Shown here one piece after another: positions 8,530 to 23,000 of a DNA stretch of 64,000 nucleotides; the stretch's first letter is position 1, and every line of letters starts with the position of its first letter. The notes beneath the pieces are model-generated. The model saw only the letters and a program-made list of their open reading frames with translations, was not told the DNA's origin and did not search any database. The position numbers and the translations under genes were made by a program. Origin of the DNA: Verrucomicrobiaceae bacterium (GTDB lineage: Bacteria > Verrucomicrobiota > Verrucomicrobiia > Chthoniobacterales > Chthoniobacteraceae); contig JAYUSJ010000004.1 of NCBI GenBank assembly GCA_043755735.1, forward strand, positions 4,311-68,310. The letters are read 5' to 3'.

Positions 8530-9681
8530 TCACGCAACAAGCGCGGCGCGTGCCAGTCTCGCATTCATCGCAGCCGTTTCAACATCGCTCGCAGTCACGG
8601 TGATGTGGCCCATTTTCCGGCCCCGCTTGGGCTCCGCTTTTCCGTAGAGATGAAGGTGGACGCCGGGGATGGCGAGAGCCGCAGCCCAGTCCGGCGTGCC
8701 GGTGCGGCTGTCGAGCCACACGTCGCCAAGCAGATTCGACATGGCGGAAGGCATCATCGAATCCGTGCTGCCGAGCGGAAGCCCGCAGATCGTCCGGACC
8801 TGCTGCGCAAACTGCGAGGTCACGCTTGCGTCGAAGCTGAAATGCCCGCTGTTGTGGGGCCGCGGTGCGAGTTCGTTAATGACTAGCGAGCCGTCGGCCA
8901 AAAGAAACATCTCCACCGCCAGAACGCCGACCAAATCAAGCGCCAGAGCCGCGCGCCCTGCCAGGGCGCGCGCCTCGGAAGCCACGCTTTCCGGGATTCG
9001 CGCGGGGCAATAAGTGATGTCGAGGATATGGTTGGCGTGCTCGTTTTCGCACACGGGCCAGGTCGCCAGAGCGCCGTCCACGCCGCGGCAGACGAGGACG
9101 GAAATTTCGCGTTCAAATCGAACAAACCCTTCCAAAACCGCAGGCGCTCCCTCGAACGGAACCCACGCTTCGGGGAGATCATCGCCCGGCATCAGCTTGC
9201 GCTGGCCCTTGCCGTCGTAGCCAAACGCCGCCGTCTTTAGCACGCCCGGCAGCCCGATTTCCGATGCTGCGGCGATGAGCCCGGCAGCGGTGTTGACCTT
9301 GCGAAACGGCGCAACCGGAAGCCCGGCTCCGGCGAGAAATTCCTTCTCGCGCAACCGATGCTGGCAGATGTGGAGGACGCGTCCCGCAGGCCTGACGATA
9401 CAATGCTCCGCAGCCCACTCGATGGTTCGTGAGGGAACGTTTTCAAACTCAAACGTCAGCACAGAAATGCCCTTCGCAAAATCGCGCACGGCGGCCTCGT
9501 CGTCGTAGCTGGCAGTCACTTCGCGATCCGCGATCTGTCCGGTCGGCGAGTCTCTGTCCGGCGAAAGCGTATGGACACGGTAGCCCATCTTGCGCGCATC
9601 GATGGCGAACATTCGCCCGAGCTGCCCGCTGCCCATCACGCCGAGTACGGCGCCCGGTAAAATTGCGTCCCCTTTGGTCAT
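8530..9681 (-). CDS. purK: N5-carboxyaminoimidazole ribonucleotide synthase
   Basis: The N-terminus is LGVMGSGQLGRMFAIDARKMGY. The protein has an ATP-grasp core and a PurK-like C-terminal RKMGHITV. Confidence 0.9.
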   Translation of the reverse strand: MTKGDAILPGAVLGVMGSGQLGRMFAIDARKMGYRVHTLSPDRDSPTGQIADREVTASYDDEAAVRDFAKGISVLTFEFENVPSRTIEWAAEHCIVRPAGRVLHICQHRLREKEFLAGAGLPVAPFRKVNTAAGLIAAASEIGLPGVLKTAAFGYDGKGQRKLMPGDDLPEAWVPFEGAPAVLEGFVRFEREISVLVCRGVDGALATWPVCENEHANHILDITYCPARIPESVASEARALAGRAALALDLVGVLAVEMFLLADGSLVINELAPRPHNSGHFSFDASVTSQFAQQVRTICGLPLGSTDSMMPSAMSNLLGDVWLDSRTGTPDWAAALAIPGVHLHLYGKAEPKRGRKMGHITVTASDVETAAMNARLARAALVA

Positions 9682-9726
9682 CAGCAGGGAGTTACATGCC
9701 CGAATCGGTCGATGTCGAGCGCGGGC

Positions 9727-10299
9727 TCAACTGCCGAAAACCTCCGCCTTGGAAAATACGGAGATGAGCTGGAATCCTTTTTCGGCAAACTTTTCGCGTC
9801 CACCGGATTCGCGATCCACGAGGCACGCCACGAGATCGATGATGCCGCCTTCCGCCTCGATGGCCTCGATCGCTTGCAGCGTGGATTTACCGCTCGTGAT
9901 GACATCGTCCACGACGACGACGTGATCGCCCTTTTTGAAATTCCCCTCCACACGCTTTCCCTGACCGTGATCCTTCGCCTGTTTGCGCACGCAAAAAACC
10001 TTCAGCCCAGCATCGCCGTCCACATTCCACGATGCGATGCCTACGGCCATTGCCACAGGGTCCGCGCCCATGGTGAGTCCGCCGACCGCGACCGGCTTGT
10101 GCGCACCCAGTGCGTGGCGGATCTTCGCGTAGAGCACCTCGCCAAGAAGCACGGCGGCCTCCGGGTTCATCGTGGTGATGCGGCAGTCAACGTAGATGTT
10201 GCTCTTCGCTCCGGAAGCCAGTGTGAAGTCGCCGTGGAAAACGGAGTCGCGCTTTAGGAGTTCCAAAAGCCGGTTGCGTGATTTGTCGAGATCGCTCAT
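9727..10299 (-). CDS. pyrE: Orotate phosphoribosyltransferase
   Basis: The PRPP-binding loop is HVVVVDDVITSGKST. The N-terminus is FHGDFTLASGAKSNIYVDCR. The start was set at the ATG at 10299 (MSDLDKS..). Confidence 0.9.
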   Translation of the reverse strand: MSDLDKSRNRLLELLKRDSVFHGDFTLASGAKSNIYVDCRITTMNPEAAVLLGEVLYAKIRHALGAHKPVAVGGLTMGADPVAMAVGIASWNVDGDAGLKVFCVRKQAKDHGQGKRVEGNFKKGDHVVVVDDVITSGKSTLQAIEAIEAEGGIIDLVACLVDRESGGREKFAEKGFQLISVFSKAEVFGS

Positions 10300-10386
10300 G
10301 CGCTTCGTGCGTAACCGCCCCAACCCGCGGGTGTCAACGCATCGCGACTTGCGGCGCACGATATTGCGGCGCTATCAAAGCCCTCC

Positions 10387-11487
10387 GTGCTCTATTTCGA
10401 CCACAACGCCACACATCCGCTCAGCGCCGCCGCGAAAAGCGCGTGGCTCGACGCTGTGGATAAACACGGTGCGAATCCGTCATCGCAGCACCGCCCCGGC
10501 CAGCGGGCCGACGCCGCGCTGGACGCTGCTCGGGCAACACTCGCACGGCATCTCGGCTGTGGGGCGGATGCGATTATTTTCACCAGCGGTGCGACGGAAT
10601 CGAGCAATGCCGTCCTTCACCACACCGCGCAGACCGAAGGCGAAGTGTTGCTCTCTGCTGTCGAGCATCCCTGTGTGCTGGAAGCCGCGCAGCAATGGCT
10701 CGCGGGCCGGCACAAGTTGCTTCCCGTCACTTCGGATGGAGTGATCGACCTCGATTACCTCGCCGATGCACTGCGAAACAGCCGTCCGGCGCTCGTAGCC
10801 GTGATGGCCGCGAACAACGAGACCGGCGTTCTTCAGCCGTGGTCCGTCATCCAATCACTCTGCGAAAAGCGCGGCGTTCCGTTTTTCTGTGACGCTGCGC
10901 AGTGGATGGGAAAAATGCCTGCGACCGGCCTCGGCGCGTGCGATTTCGTCGCTGGCTGCGCGCACAAATTCGGCGGCCCGCCCGGCGTCGGCTTCCTAAA
11001 ATGTCCGGCCAACTTCCGCCCGTTGCTCGCGGGCGGCCCGCAAGAAGACCGCCGTCGTGCGGGCACTCAAAACGTCCCCGGAATCCTTTCCATGGTAGCC
11101 GCGCTCGAGTCCTGCCAGCCGCGCACCGCCGACGATCGTGTGTGGTTTGAAAACGAACTTCTCTCGGCTCTGCCTGCCGTTCGGCTGCTTGGAAGTCGGG
11201 ACAATGTTTTGTGGAACACCGTCTGTGCGATTATGCCGGAGAGTCCGGACTGCCGGCGCCGCTGGGTCGTGGTTCTCGACCGTCTTGGCTTCGCGGTCTC
11301 CACGGGCTCGGCGTGCGCCAGCGGCAAGGAAAAGCCGTCGCATGTGATGCTTGCGATGGGACTGTCCGAAGGCGAAGCCGGCCGCGCTTTGCGGTTCAGC
11401 GGAGGCTGGGAAACGACGCGCGACGACTGGGCGCGATTGCTCGCCGGAATTGTGAGCGCAGCCCGCGAACTCGGCGCTGCGAAATAG
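10387..11487 (+). CDS. Cysteine desulfurase (class V aminotransferase, NifS/IscS-like)
   Basis: Motifs seen are YFDHNATHPL, the PLP-lysine motif CAHKFGGPPGVGFL and the active-site Cys loop STGSACASGK. The start codon is GTG. Confidence 0.8.
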   Translation: MLYFDHNATHPLSAAAKSAWLDAVDKHGANPSSQHRPGQRADAALDAARATLARHLGCGADAIIFTSGATESSNAVLHHTAQTEGEVLLSAVEHPCVLEAAQQWLAGRHKLLPVTSDGVIDLDYLADALRNSRPALVAVMAANNETGVLQPWSVIQSLCEKRGVPFFCDAAQWMGKMPATGLGACDFVAGCAHKFGGPPGVGFLKCPANFRPLLAGGPQEDRRRAGTQNVPGILSMVAALESCQPRTADDRVWFENELLSALPAVRLLGSRDNVLWNTVCAIMPESPDCRRRWVVVLDRLGFAVSTGSACASGKEKPSHVMLAMGLSEGEAGRALRFSGGWETTRDDWARLLAGIVSAARELGAAK

Positions 11488-11496
11488 TTACGATCC

Positions 11497-11970
11497 CTAC
11501 TTCAGAATGATCGTCTTTTTCGCAGGCGCAGTCGTTCCGAAGCTGTCCATCAGCGTCGGAGCCATCGCCGCCGGTTTTGCTGCCGGTGCTGGCGCGGGTG
11601 CTCCGCCGAGCGCCTGCCGTAGCGCGCCTTCGACGAGCTGTGCGCAGTGAATCTTCATCGGCGGGAGCGGGCCAAGCGGAGCGCTGAGTGCCGCGCCGTC
11701 CATTGCGAGCGCTTCTTCCGGCGTCTTCCCCTGAATGAGCTGTGTAGCAAGGCTCGCCACCGCGATGGCCGTCTCACAGCCGAACGTCTGAAAGCTGGCT
11801 CGATCGATTACTTTGCGCCCGTCTTCCTCGCGAAACTTGATCCACATCCGCAGCATGTCGCCGCAATCCGCGCTGCCCACCGTCCCCACGGCGTCGGCGT
11901 TTTCCATTTCGCCGAGGTTTTTGGGCTGGGCGATGGTCTCTTGGATTTTTTGATGCAGGTCTTCGTTCAT
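11497..11970 (-). CDS. IscU/NifU-N-type Fe-S cluster scaffold protein
   Basis: The three scaffold Cys motifs are GSADCGDMLRMWI, FQTFGCETAIA and KIHCAQL. The start was set at the ATG at 11970 (MNEDLHQ..). The protein has an Ala/Pro-rich C-terminal tail. Confidence 0.8.
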   Translation of the reverse strand: MNEDLHQKIQETIAQPKNLGEMENADAVGTVGSADCGDMLRMWIKFREEDGRKVIDRASFQTFGCETAIAVASLATQLIQGKTPEEALAMDGAALSAPLGPLPPMKIHCAQLVEGALRQALGGAPAPAPAAKPAAMAPTLMDSFGTTAPAKKTIILK

Positions 11971-11975
11971 AGCGT

Positions 11976-12515
11976 TTAGGCGACGTCGTAGCGCGGCAGT
12001 GAAGGGTCGATTTCGCAGCTCCAGACGTCGATTCCGCCCTTCATGCTCTTCGCATTTTCCAGCCCGTGCCCGGCAAAATACGCCGCAGCGTCGAGACTGC
12101 GCACGCCGTGGTGGCAGACAAAAATAACGAGCTGCTCGCGCGGCCAGCTCCCGATTTCGTGCATGACTTCTTGCGTGAGAAATGTGCTCCCCTCGATATG
12201 CACAGCGTCCCACTCTTCGCGACTGCGAACGTCCACCAGATGGGCCTTCCCGGCTTTTACGAGCTCGGCGGCCTGCTGCACGGTGACTTCGATGTCGCCC
12301 TCCGCTTCGTGTGCTTCGAGGATCGTTTTCGCGACTTCTTCGACCGGCAAATTTTCATTCCGCGCGCACACTTCGGCGAGAGTCTCATCGGGCCGGAACC
12401 CGCAACTCGAACATCCGCCGACATGATACCGGCGAAAGAGCGCCCGCTGCGCGCTCGGATACCGGGCCGTCAGTTCCTGCATCGTGATGGATGGATCAAT
12501 CGTCATACGGTCCAA
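11976..12515 (-). CDS. Rhodanese-domain sulfurtransferase with N-terminal DUF1858-like domain
   Basis: The N-terminal segment MQELTARYPSAQRALFRRYHVGGCSSCGF is DUF1858/ScdA-N-like. The rhodanese active-site loop is FVCHHGVRS. The stop is 5 nt before the IscU-like start. Confidence 0.75.
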   Translation of the reverse strand: MDRMTIDPSITMQELTARYPSAQRALFRRYHVGGCSSCGFRPDETLAEVCARNENLPVEEVAKTILEAHEAEGDIEVTVQQAAELVKAGKAHLVDVRSREEWDAVHIEGSTFLTQEVMHEIGSWPREQLVIFVCHHGVRSLDAAAYFAGHGLENAKSMKGGIDVWSCEIDPSLPRYDVA

Positions 12516-12554
12516 CGTATCGGCTCATGCGGCGGCCGGAGCAAATGGAATCTG

Positions 12555-12902
12555 CTACGTCCCGCCCGTCACAGTGTATCCCTGCGCCCGGAGATCCTCC
12601 GTGAGATCCTTCTCCATTTGCGCCGCGGCCTCGAACGGCATGGGGTTCAAATGCGCGAAGAGCTCGGGCATGAGCCGGATCCCGTATTTCTCCACAGTCC
12701 ATGCGGACTTGTAGCCGTGCTTGTGGTTCTCAAATCGGTGCTCCACCGGCAGGCCCGTCATGCCCACATAGACGCACGGCTTCGACGGATCTCGATTCGG
12801 ATTCAGCCGGAGCACGGACGGATGCTTCGCCACGGCATCATCGAGCAAAATCACGTAAACGTTGTGGTGGTGGTTGGCTGGCATTTTCCCGAACGTGGAC
12901 AA
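12555..12902 (-). CDS. Small conserved hypothetical protein, possibly GIY-YIG-like
   Basis: The 115-aa ORF contains NVYVILLD..KPCVYVGMTGLPVEHRFENHKHGYKS, which recalls GIY-YIG-type cores. The assignment is from memory only. Confidence 0.4.
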   Translation of the reverse strand: MSTFGKMPANHHHNVYVILLDDAVAKHPSVLRLNPNRDPSKPCVYVGMTGLPVEHRFENHKHGYKSAWTVEKYGIRLMPELFAHLNPMPFEAAAQMEKDLTEDLRAQGYTVTGGT

Positions 12903-12945
12903 AATAGACGGGCCACCGAACGGATTGCGACTTCATATTCCTTGC

Positions 12946-13890
12946 TCAGGACGCCTTAGGCAACTCGCAGAACTCCACGTAGTCGGGCCGGTCGGCGGCG
13001 GTCTTGTTCATGAAGCGGCGCACGACGACACCATCGCGGATGATAAATGTTCCCGGCATCTGCATCCCGTCGCCCTCCAGTTTTCCCACACGATGCCCGG
13101 AGAAAAATGCCCCGGCACCGCGGACCCAAACCGACCATCCAAGCAACTGCGAAAGCGTCCCGCGCTTGAGCCCGATCGCGCGATAGAGCCGCTTCTCGGG
13201 ATCAGCAATCGCCGGCACATCGCCCAGCCCATAGCCGCCCGCAAACGCCGCGAACGACTCCGCTGTCGTCATGTGAACGAGCGCGAGTTTGACCCCGCGT
13301 TTTTCCAACTCCGCCCGCCGCGAAGAAAGGTCCGCAAGCGCCTCGCGACAAAACGTACAGCCCGAGTGCCGAAGGAAAACGACGAGCACGGCCTGCCCCT
13401 GCGAAATCTCCGCGAGACTCTGCCCCGTCGTGGTCTTGATTTCGCGTAGAAGCACCGCTTCATCGGGAATATCGTGAGCCTTGGGATCTGCGAGTTCGCA
13501 TGACCAGGCATGCTTCAAAATGAGCGCGAACGGCACCCACCAGATGAGGTCATTCGTCACGCAGTTCAGCGCGAAAGCCCACGGCAGCGAGTCGGTCCAG
13601 AGCGCCTCCACCATTCCGAGCGGGCCCAGCACTTTCCCCAAAAGCCCCACGAGCACGATCGGCCAGTGCCGCACAGGATCGAAAGCCGCGATGAGATAAC
13701 CGAGGCCATACACGCCGACGATCATCCCGATGCACTGCCAAAACTGCGGATAGTTCGGAGTCGGCATTGCCAGCCAGTGGAAAATCGCGTTTGGAAAAAG
13801 CACGGCAAATCCGCCCCAGACGAGATTGTAGATTCCCGCTGCGATGAGCGTATGTTTCATCCAGCGCGGGATGGACGGAGAAGTGGTCAT
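12946..13890 (-). CDS. Fusion of a polytopic membrane domain and a peroxiredoxin-like (AhpC/TSA, SelL-type) thioredoxin-fold domain
   Basis: The N-terminal ~130 aa has four hydrophobic helices. The C-terminal part is AVLVVFLRHSGCTFCREALADL..MPGTFIIRDGVVV, which carries a CxxC redox motif in a thioredoxin fold. Confidence 0.65.
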   Translation of the reverse strand: MTTSPSIPRWMKHTLIAAGIYNLVWGGFAVLFPNAIFHWLAMPTPNYPQFWQCIGMIVGVYGLGYLIAAFDPVRHWPIVLVGLLGKVLGPLGMVEALWTDSLPWAFALNCVTNDLIWWVPFALILKHAWSCELADPKAHDIPDEAVLLREIKTTTGQSLAEISQGQAVLVVFLRHSGCTFCREALADLSSRRAELEKRGVKLALVHMTTAESFAAFAGGYGLGDVPAIADPEKRLYRAIGLKRGTLSQLLGWSVWVRGAGAFFSGHRVGKLEGDGMQMPGTFIIRDGVVVRRFMNKTAADRPDYVEFCELPKAS

Positions 13891-14026
13891 GCTGAAGTGA
13901 ACGCGTTGCGCGGCGATAATGGACGCTTGTGATTTCCTGTGAAGCGGAATGTAAACCTGCGGTCTGCGCCGGCTCCTTTACTCCGCCGATGAAGCATTCT
14001 TCATGGGCTGCGAAAATTCGCCCGGC

Positions 14027-17475
<3,449 letters not shown>

Positions 17476-17484
17476 GGTGGAATC

Positions 17485-17870
17485 ATGGCAGTTGCACAGC
17501 GAGTCCCAAACTTGAAGACGGTCGCGAATCTCACGCTGTCAGGCGGAGAATTTTCGTATGCGATTCGTGATTTTCTTGATGGGTTCATTGAAAACCCGAA
17601 CCGCGAAGCGATCGTGGATGAACCGCCGTTTTTGGACGGCAAAGTTCCTGACGGTTTGAGGCTCGACGCTTATCTGGCCGCTGTTGCGGAGCATTTGTGC
17701 AGGGCTCACCACTTTTCCTTTCCCGCATGGGTGGGGAATGAGCGTCGGTTTTTGAAATTGCCGTGGTTTGCGATGAAATCCCACCAAGGTCGAATGCTGC
17801 TGCTCATGGATAGTCCGTCCGCTTTTCGTGCACGCAATCTTTTCGTAAGTGCGGACGCGCTGAAACGCGT

Positions 17871-17874
<4 letters not shown>
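17485..17874 (+). CDS. Hypothetical protein, partner of the nucleotidyltransferase
   Basis: The 129-aa ORF starts 9 nt after the NTase stop. Its TGA overlaps the uppS ATG (ATGA). I recognise no motif in it. It looks lower in GC than its neighbours by eye. Confidence 0.5.
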
Positions 17875-18569
<695 letters not shown>

Positions 18570-18573
18570 GTTC

Positions 18574-19737
18574 TCAGCGAGCGGAAGCAGCGCCCGCCCG
18601 CGTGCCCGTGGCGAAGCATCCTTGCATCAGGTAGCCGCCGGTCGGGGCGTCCCAATCCAGCATCTCGCCGCAGCAGAAAACGCCGGGCAGTTTTTTGAGC
18701 ATGAGTTGTGAATCGAGCTCGCTCCAGCAGACGCCCCCGGCAGTCGAGATGGCTTCTGCGATGGGCCGCGGTTGTGTGAGCGGGATGCGGCAATCCTTGA
18801 CCGCACGGGCCAGCGATTCCGCGGAGTCAAAGGGTCCGTAATATTGCGCCAGCACCGCGCACGCAGGCGCGGGGAGCTTCCAGCGGACTTGCGCCTCGGC
18901 GAGAAAATTGCGGCGGGCCGATTCCATTTTTGCCACGAGCCGCTCAAGGGTAAATGTGGGTTTGAAGTCGATGTGGATCTCCGGAGCAGCCATGGCGCGA
19001 AGGGTGCGTCCGAGCTGATAAATGCATGTTCCTTCGATGCCGTAGCGGGTGAGCATGAGCTCGCCGACAACCGTTGTTTCGCCAGCGCGGACGTGGAGAT
19101 TGTGCAGCGGCTGTCCTTCGACTGCGGAGCGTGTTTCGTTGGTCCAATCGCATTCCCATCCGCAATTCGCCGATCGGAGCGGCTGGACTCGAATGTCGTG
19201 CCCTTCAAGGATTCGGACCCAGCCGCCATCCGAGCCCGTCTCCGGCCAGGACCCGCCGCCGAGTGCGAGAATCACGGCGGCGCATTTGACGGAAATCTGG
19301 TCGGAAAAATAAAGGCGAAGGTCCGAGTCGATGCCAGTCCAGCGATGGTTCATCGCAAATCGCACTCCGAGATCCTTCAGCCGCTCGACCCATCTCCGCA
19401 ACAGCGGCGCGGCCTTTTTCGTGATGGGAAAAACCTTCCCTCCTGACGCCACAAACGTCTCCACCCCAAGCCCCGCAGCCCATTCGCGCGTCGCAACCGC
19501 ATCAAACTCGGCGAGGCACGAGCGCCAGAAATCCGCGCCGCCGCCGGAGTATCGCGCGACGAACGCATCGAACGCGGCGTCATTCGTAAGATTTAGCCCA
19601 CTCTTCCCCGCGACGAGGAACTTCCTGCCGACCGAGCGCTTCGCGTCGTAGAGCGTGACGGCAGCGCCCGCAGATGCGGCGACCTCCGCAGCACGAAGAC
19701 CCGCCGGGCCTCCGCCGATGATGGCGATGGTTTTCAA
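18574..19737 (-). CDS. BaiN/YhiN-family NAD(FAD)-utilising flavoprotein (TIGR03862-like)
   Basis: The N-terminus is [19 protein letters not shown] (a dinucleotide-binding fold) followed by [16 protein letters not shown]. The C-terminal [16 protein letters not shown] is typical of the HI0933-like family. Confidence 0.8.
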   Translation of the reverse strand: MKTIAIIGGGPAGLRAAEVAASAGAAVTLYDAKRSVGRKFLVAGKSGLNLTNDAAFDAFVARYSGGGADFWRSCLAEFDAVATREWAAGLGVETFVASGGKVFPITKKAAPLLRRWVERLKDLGVRFAMNHRWTGIDSDLRLYFSDQISVKCAAVILALGGGSWPETGSDGGWVRILEGHDIRVQPLRSANCGWECDWTNETRSAVEGQPLHNLHVRAGETTVVGELMLTRYGIEGTCIYQLGRTLRAMAAPEIHIDFKPTFTLERLVAKMESARRNFLAEAQVRWKLPAPACAVLAQYYGPFDSAESLARAVKDCRIPLTQPRPIAEAISTAGGVCWSELDSQLMLKKLPGVFCCGEMLDWDAPTGGYLMQGCFATGTRAGAASAR

Positions 19738-19783
19738 AATCGTGTGTGTTTTCTACGTGGAACTCCCAGTGGACAACCAGAAT

Positions 19784-19825
19784 CCCATTTCCGATGCGGC
19801 TTTTCGCAGCCCTATCGGAAATGGG
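19784..19825. other. Imperfect 42-nt hairpin or palindrome between the giant surface-protein gene and the flavoprotein gene
   Basis: The arms CCCATTTCCGAT (19784-19795) and ATCGGAAATGGG (19814-19825) are perfect reverse complements. An inner GGCT/AGCC pair extends the stem. No U-tract follows on either strand. Confidence 0.3.
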
Positions 19826-20026
19826 CTGTGCGAAACCAATTTCCTGAAATAGAGAGACGGCAGTGAAAAGAGGCGAAGCCCAAGGCCCGATCTGCCGAGG
19901 CCAGCCTCTCCGCTGACTCAACGCGCACGCTACTTTGGAGCAGTCGGGCTTTCGCCCTCTTCTCTGTTTCCGAAAGCGGCGTATCGGCGGTGCGTTTTGA
20001 AAATTCTTCGATAATCTCGGGGCCGC

Positions 20027-23000
20027 CTACGGCAGTTCGCTGCGGATGATGGCGCTGGTTTTGTCGGTGAAGGTCGCGAGCCAGACGACGAGGGCGGTGT
20101 TGTTGAAACTGCGCGTCACTCCGGCGTTGCCGACGGTCACTTTGAGCAGGGAAAATGTGGCGAGTGTTTTGCCGTGAATGGTCTCGCCAGTGCGGAAGAG
20201 TAGGCGCGGGTTGCCGCCCAAGTCGCACACCCACACGCCGCTGGCGCTGCTGGCGGTGACGCCGCGTTTTGGCACGAGCTGGGCGGCGAAGATGGGGCCT
20301 CTGTCGGTAATGGCGAGGGAGGTGAAAGATTCCCACTGCGAGCCGGGGAGGTCGCCAGCGGCGGTGCCAGTTTGGGCGAGGAGGCGGAGGGGCTGGCCTG
20401 CGGGTTTCCACCAGAGCGTTTTTGCAGTGCTGCCTTTGCGCGTGGCGGTAAATGCGACGCTGCTATTTGCGGAGAGCACGGGGTCGCCGAGGGTGCTGAA
20501 GTCTGCGCCGATGCGGGCGATGGTGGTGTATTGCGCGTCGTCGTCGCCGAGGAAGATGCCGCGTGCGTCTGCTTTCGTCACGCCGCCGGGGCCGATTTTG
20601 AGCGTGGCGAGGAAGGCGGTGTTGGCGCTCTCGTTAATTGCTGGGACGCTGTAGCTGGCGAAGCTTGCACCCGTCAAAGAGGCGTCGAAAATCGTCGTGG
20701 GCGCGTCGCTTCTCGTGAGGATGGAAGTGTCGCCGTTTGCGTTCGCCACGACGATGCCTTGCGTTTTGTCGGTGAATAGCGTCAGCGCGAATGCGACGCC
20801 GGTGCCGGTAGTTGTGAGCCAGCCGCGACCTTGGCCGGGCGAGTCTTTGCCGGGCATGAATGAGATGAGCGTCTTCACGGTTTTCCCTTCGATGGTTTGG
20901 CCTTCGCGCAGGGCCAGCTTCAGCGGGCTTGCGCCGACTTTGAGCCAAAGGCCGAGGTCGCTCGCAGCGGGTGCTTTGAGCTGGGCAAAAATGGCGAGGC
21001 ATCCGCTGCGGACGGCGACGGCTTTGAATTTCTTAAACCTCGCGCCGCCTGCATCCGGCGCGAGGTCGCCGCTCTGGGCGATGGCGCTGAGTGCCACGGA
21101 GCCGCTCAGTACTACGCTGCCGGAGGGTTTTAGCCCGGCAATGGTGGCCACGATTCCGCCGTCCACTACGGGGTCGGTGAAGCTCTTGTAGGCGGCTAAG
21201 TTGATGAGGGTGGGGCTTGTGTTATTGAGGAAAAGCCGGGTGCCTTTATCGTTCGGCCCGGTCGTCCACTTGCCGAGAAATGCCACGTCGCCCGCGTCGT
21301 CGGTCGCGGGTGTGCTGAGGCTCGTGATGATTGCGTTTGGGGGGATGCCATTCGTCCCGATGCCGGGCGCGGCTGTGCCAGTGGTGAGCTGCGTGGTGTG
21401 GATGCGGAGCACGCTGAGGTCGAAGGTCGTGCTGCTCGTATTGCCAGCCGCATCCGTGGCGGTGAGCGTGATGGTGCGGAGGCCCGCCGTGGTGGGACTG
21501 CCGATGGCGGGAGACTGCGTCACCGTGCGCGGGCTCGCGTCCGTCACCACTGCGAGGCTGGTGTAATTTGCGAGCGTCCCCTCGAAGGCTTGCCGAGTCG
21601 CAGCGGGCACGGAGATTTGCGGCGGCGTGGTATCAATCATCACGCCCGCCCGAGTGGCCGAGGCTGGTGGATTTTCTCCATCGTCTTGGTAGCTCAGCGT
21701 CACCGCATACACTCCATCCGGGATCGCCGCGCCACTCGCCACCTGCGCCGAAGCCAGCGGAGCGGCTGGGGAAAAAGAAACGCTGTGCGCGCCGCTCGTC
21801 TCTTGCGAGGCGGCGAGCGTGAGCGTCGTCGTGGTTGTGTCGGTGAAAGTGAGCGTCACCGAGCCCGGCAGCGCGGCTTCAGGAAGGGAGAAAGAAACCG
21901 TCATTGGATTGAGCGAGAGCGCGTTTGCAGCAGGCGCAGTAGGCGTCGGCGCGAGCGCCGTGGAATTTACCGTGAAGGCCGCGACTTGCTCGATCATGCC
22001 CGAGGCGCAGCCGTGAAAGCCGCCCAGCGTGCGGCCACGAGCGCGGACTTGGCCGGTGGTCGGGAGCGCGAGCCCGGTCAGCAGCCAATCCGCCGAAGTG
22101 CCCATGCGAGTCGGGTTACCCAGCGGCATCCACGAGCTACCGCCGTCCGTGCTCAGGTCCAGCGTCACGCTCGCAAGCTCCGGCGCACTACCGCCGCGCG
22201 TCCAGCGCACCCGCGAAGCGCTCAGCGCTGTGAGGCTTTGCGTCGCCGGGTCGTTCAGCAGCCGGGCGAAGTGGTTGCGCGTGGTCGTGTTGAGCCTCGT
22301 GAAGTAGCCGCCCGCGAGAATCTTCCCATCCGCCTGCAACGCCACGCTGCTTACGCGGTCGTTCGCGCTGGGATTAAAGGTCGTGTCGAGCGAACCATCG
22401 GCATTCATCCGCTCGATTCGGTTTCGCACATTATCTCCGAGCAGAATCCTCCCATTCACCTGAAGCGCCATGCTGTGGATGTTATCGTTCGTAGGTGGGA
22501 CAAAGCCCACATCCAGCGTCCCGTCCGCATTCACTCGCGCCAAGTAGTTTCGCGTCGTCGCGCTCGCCGCGCCATTGGGCTGAAGCGCGGTGAAATAGCC
22601 CGCGAACAGAACCTTCCCGTCCGGCTGCACCAGGAGGCTTTCCACACCGCCGTTCGTATTCGGGTTAAAGCCCACGTCGAGCGAGCCGTCCACATTGAAC
22701 CGCGCGACGCAGTTGCGCGTAGTCGCGCTGAACGGGCTGACCCCGCCATTCCGCACCGTCGCGCTGGTGGGCGGGAGTGTGGTAAAGAAGCCGCCAAACA
22801 GGATTTTCCCGTCCGGCTGTACCGCCACGCATTCGACGTAGCTGCTCACGCTGGGACTGAAGCCCGCGTCCAGCGTCCCGTCCACATTCACCCGCGCGAT
22901 ATACTTGCGCATCGTCGCGCTCGCAGCGCCGTTTGACTGGAGCTTGGTGAAATAGCCGCCGAGCAGAATCTTCCCGTCTGCCTGCACCGCCAAGCATCGG

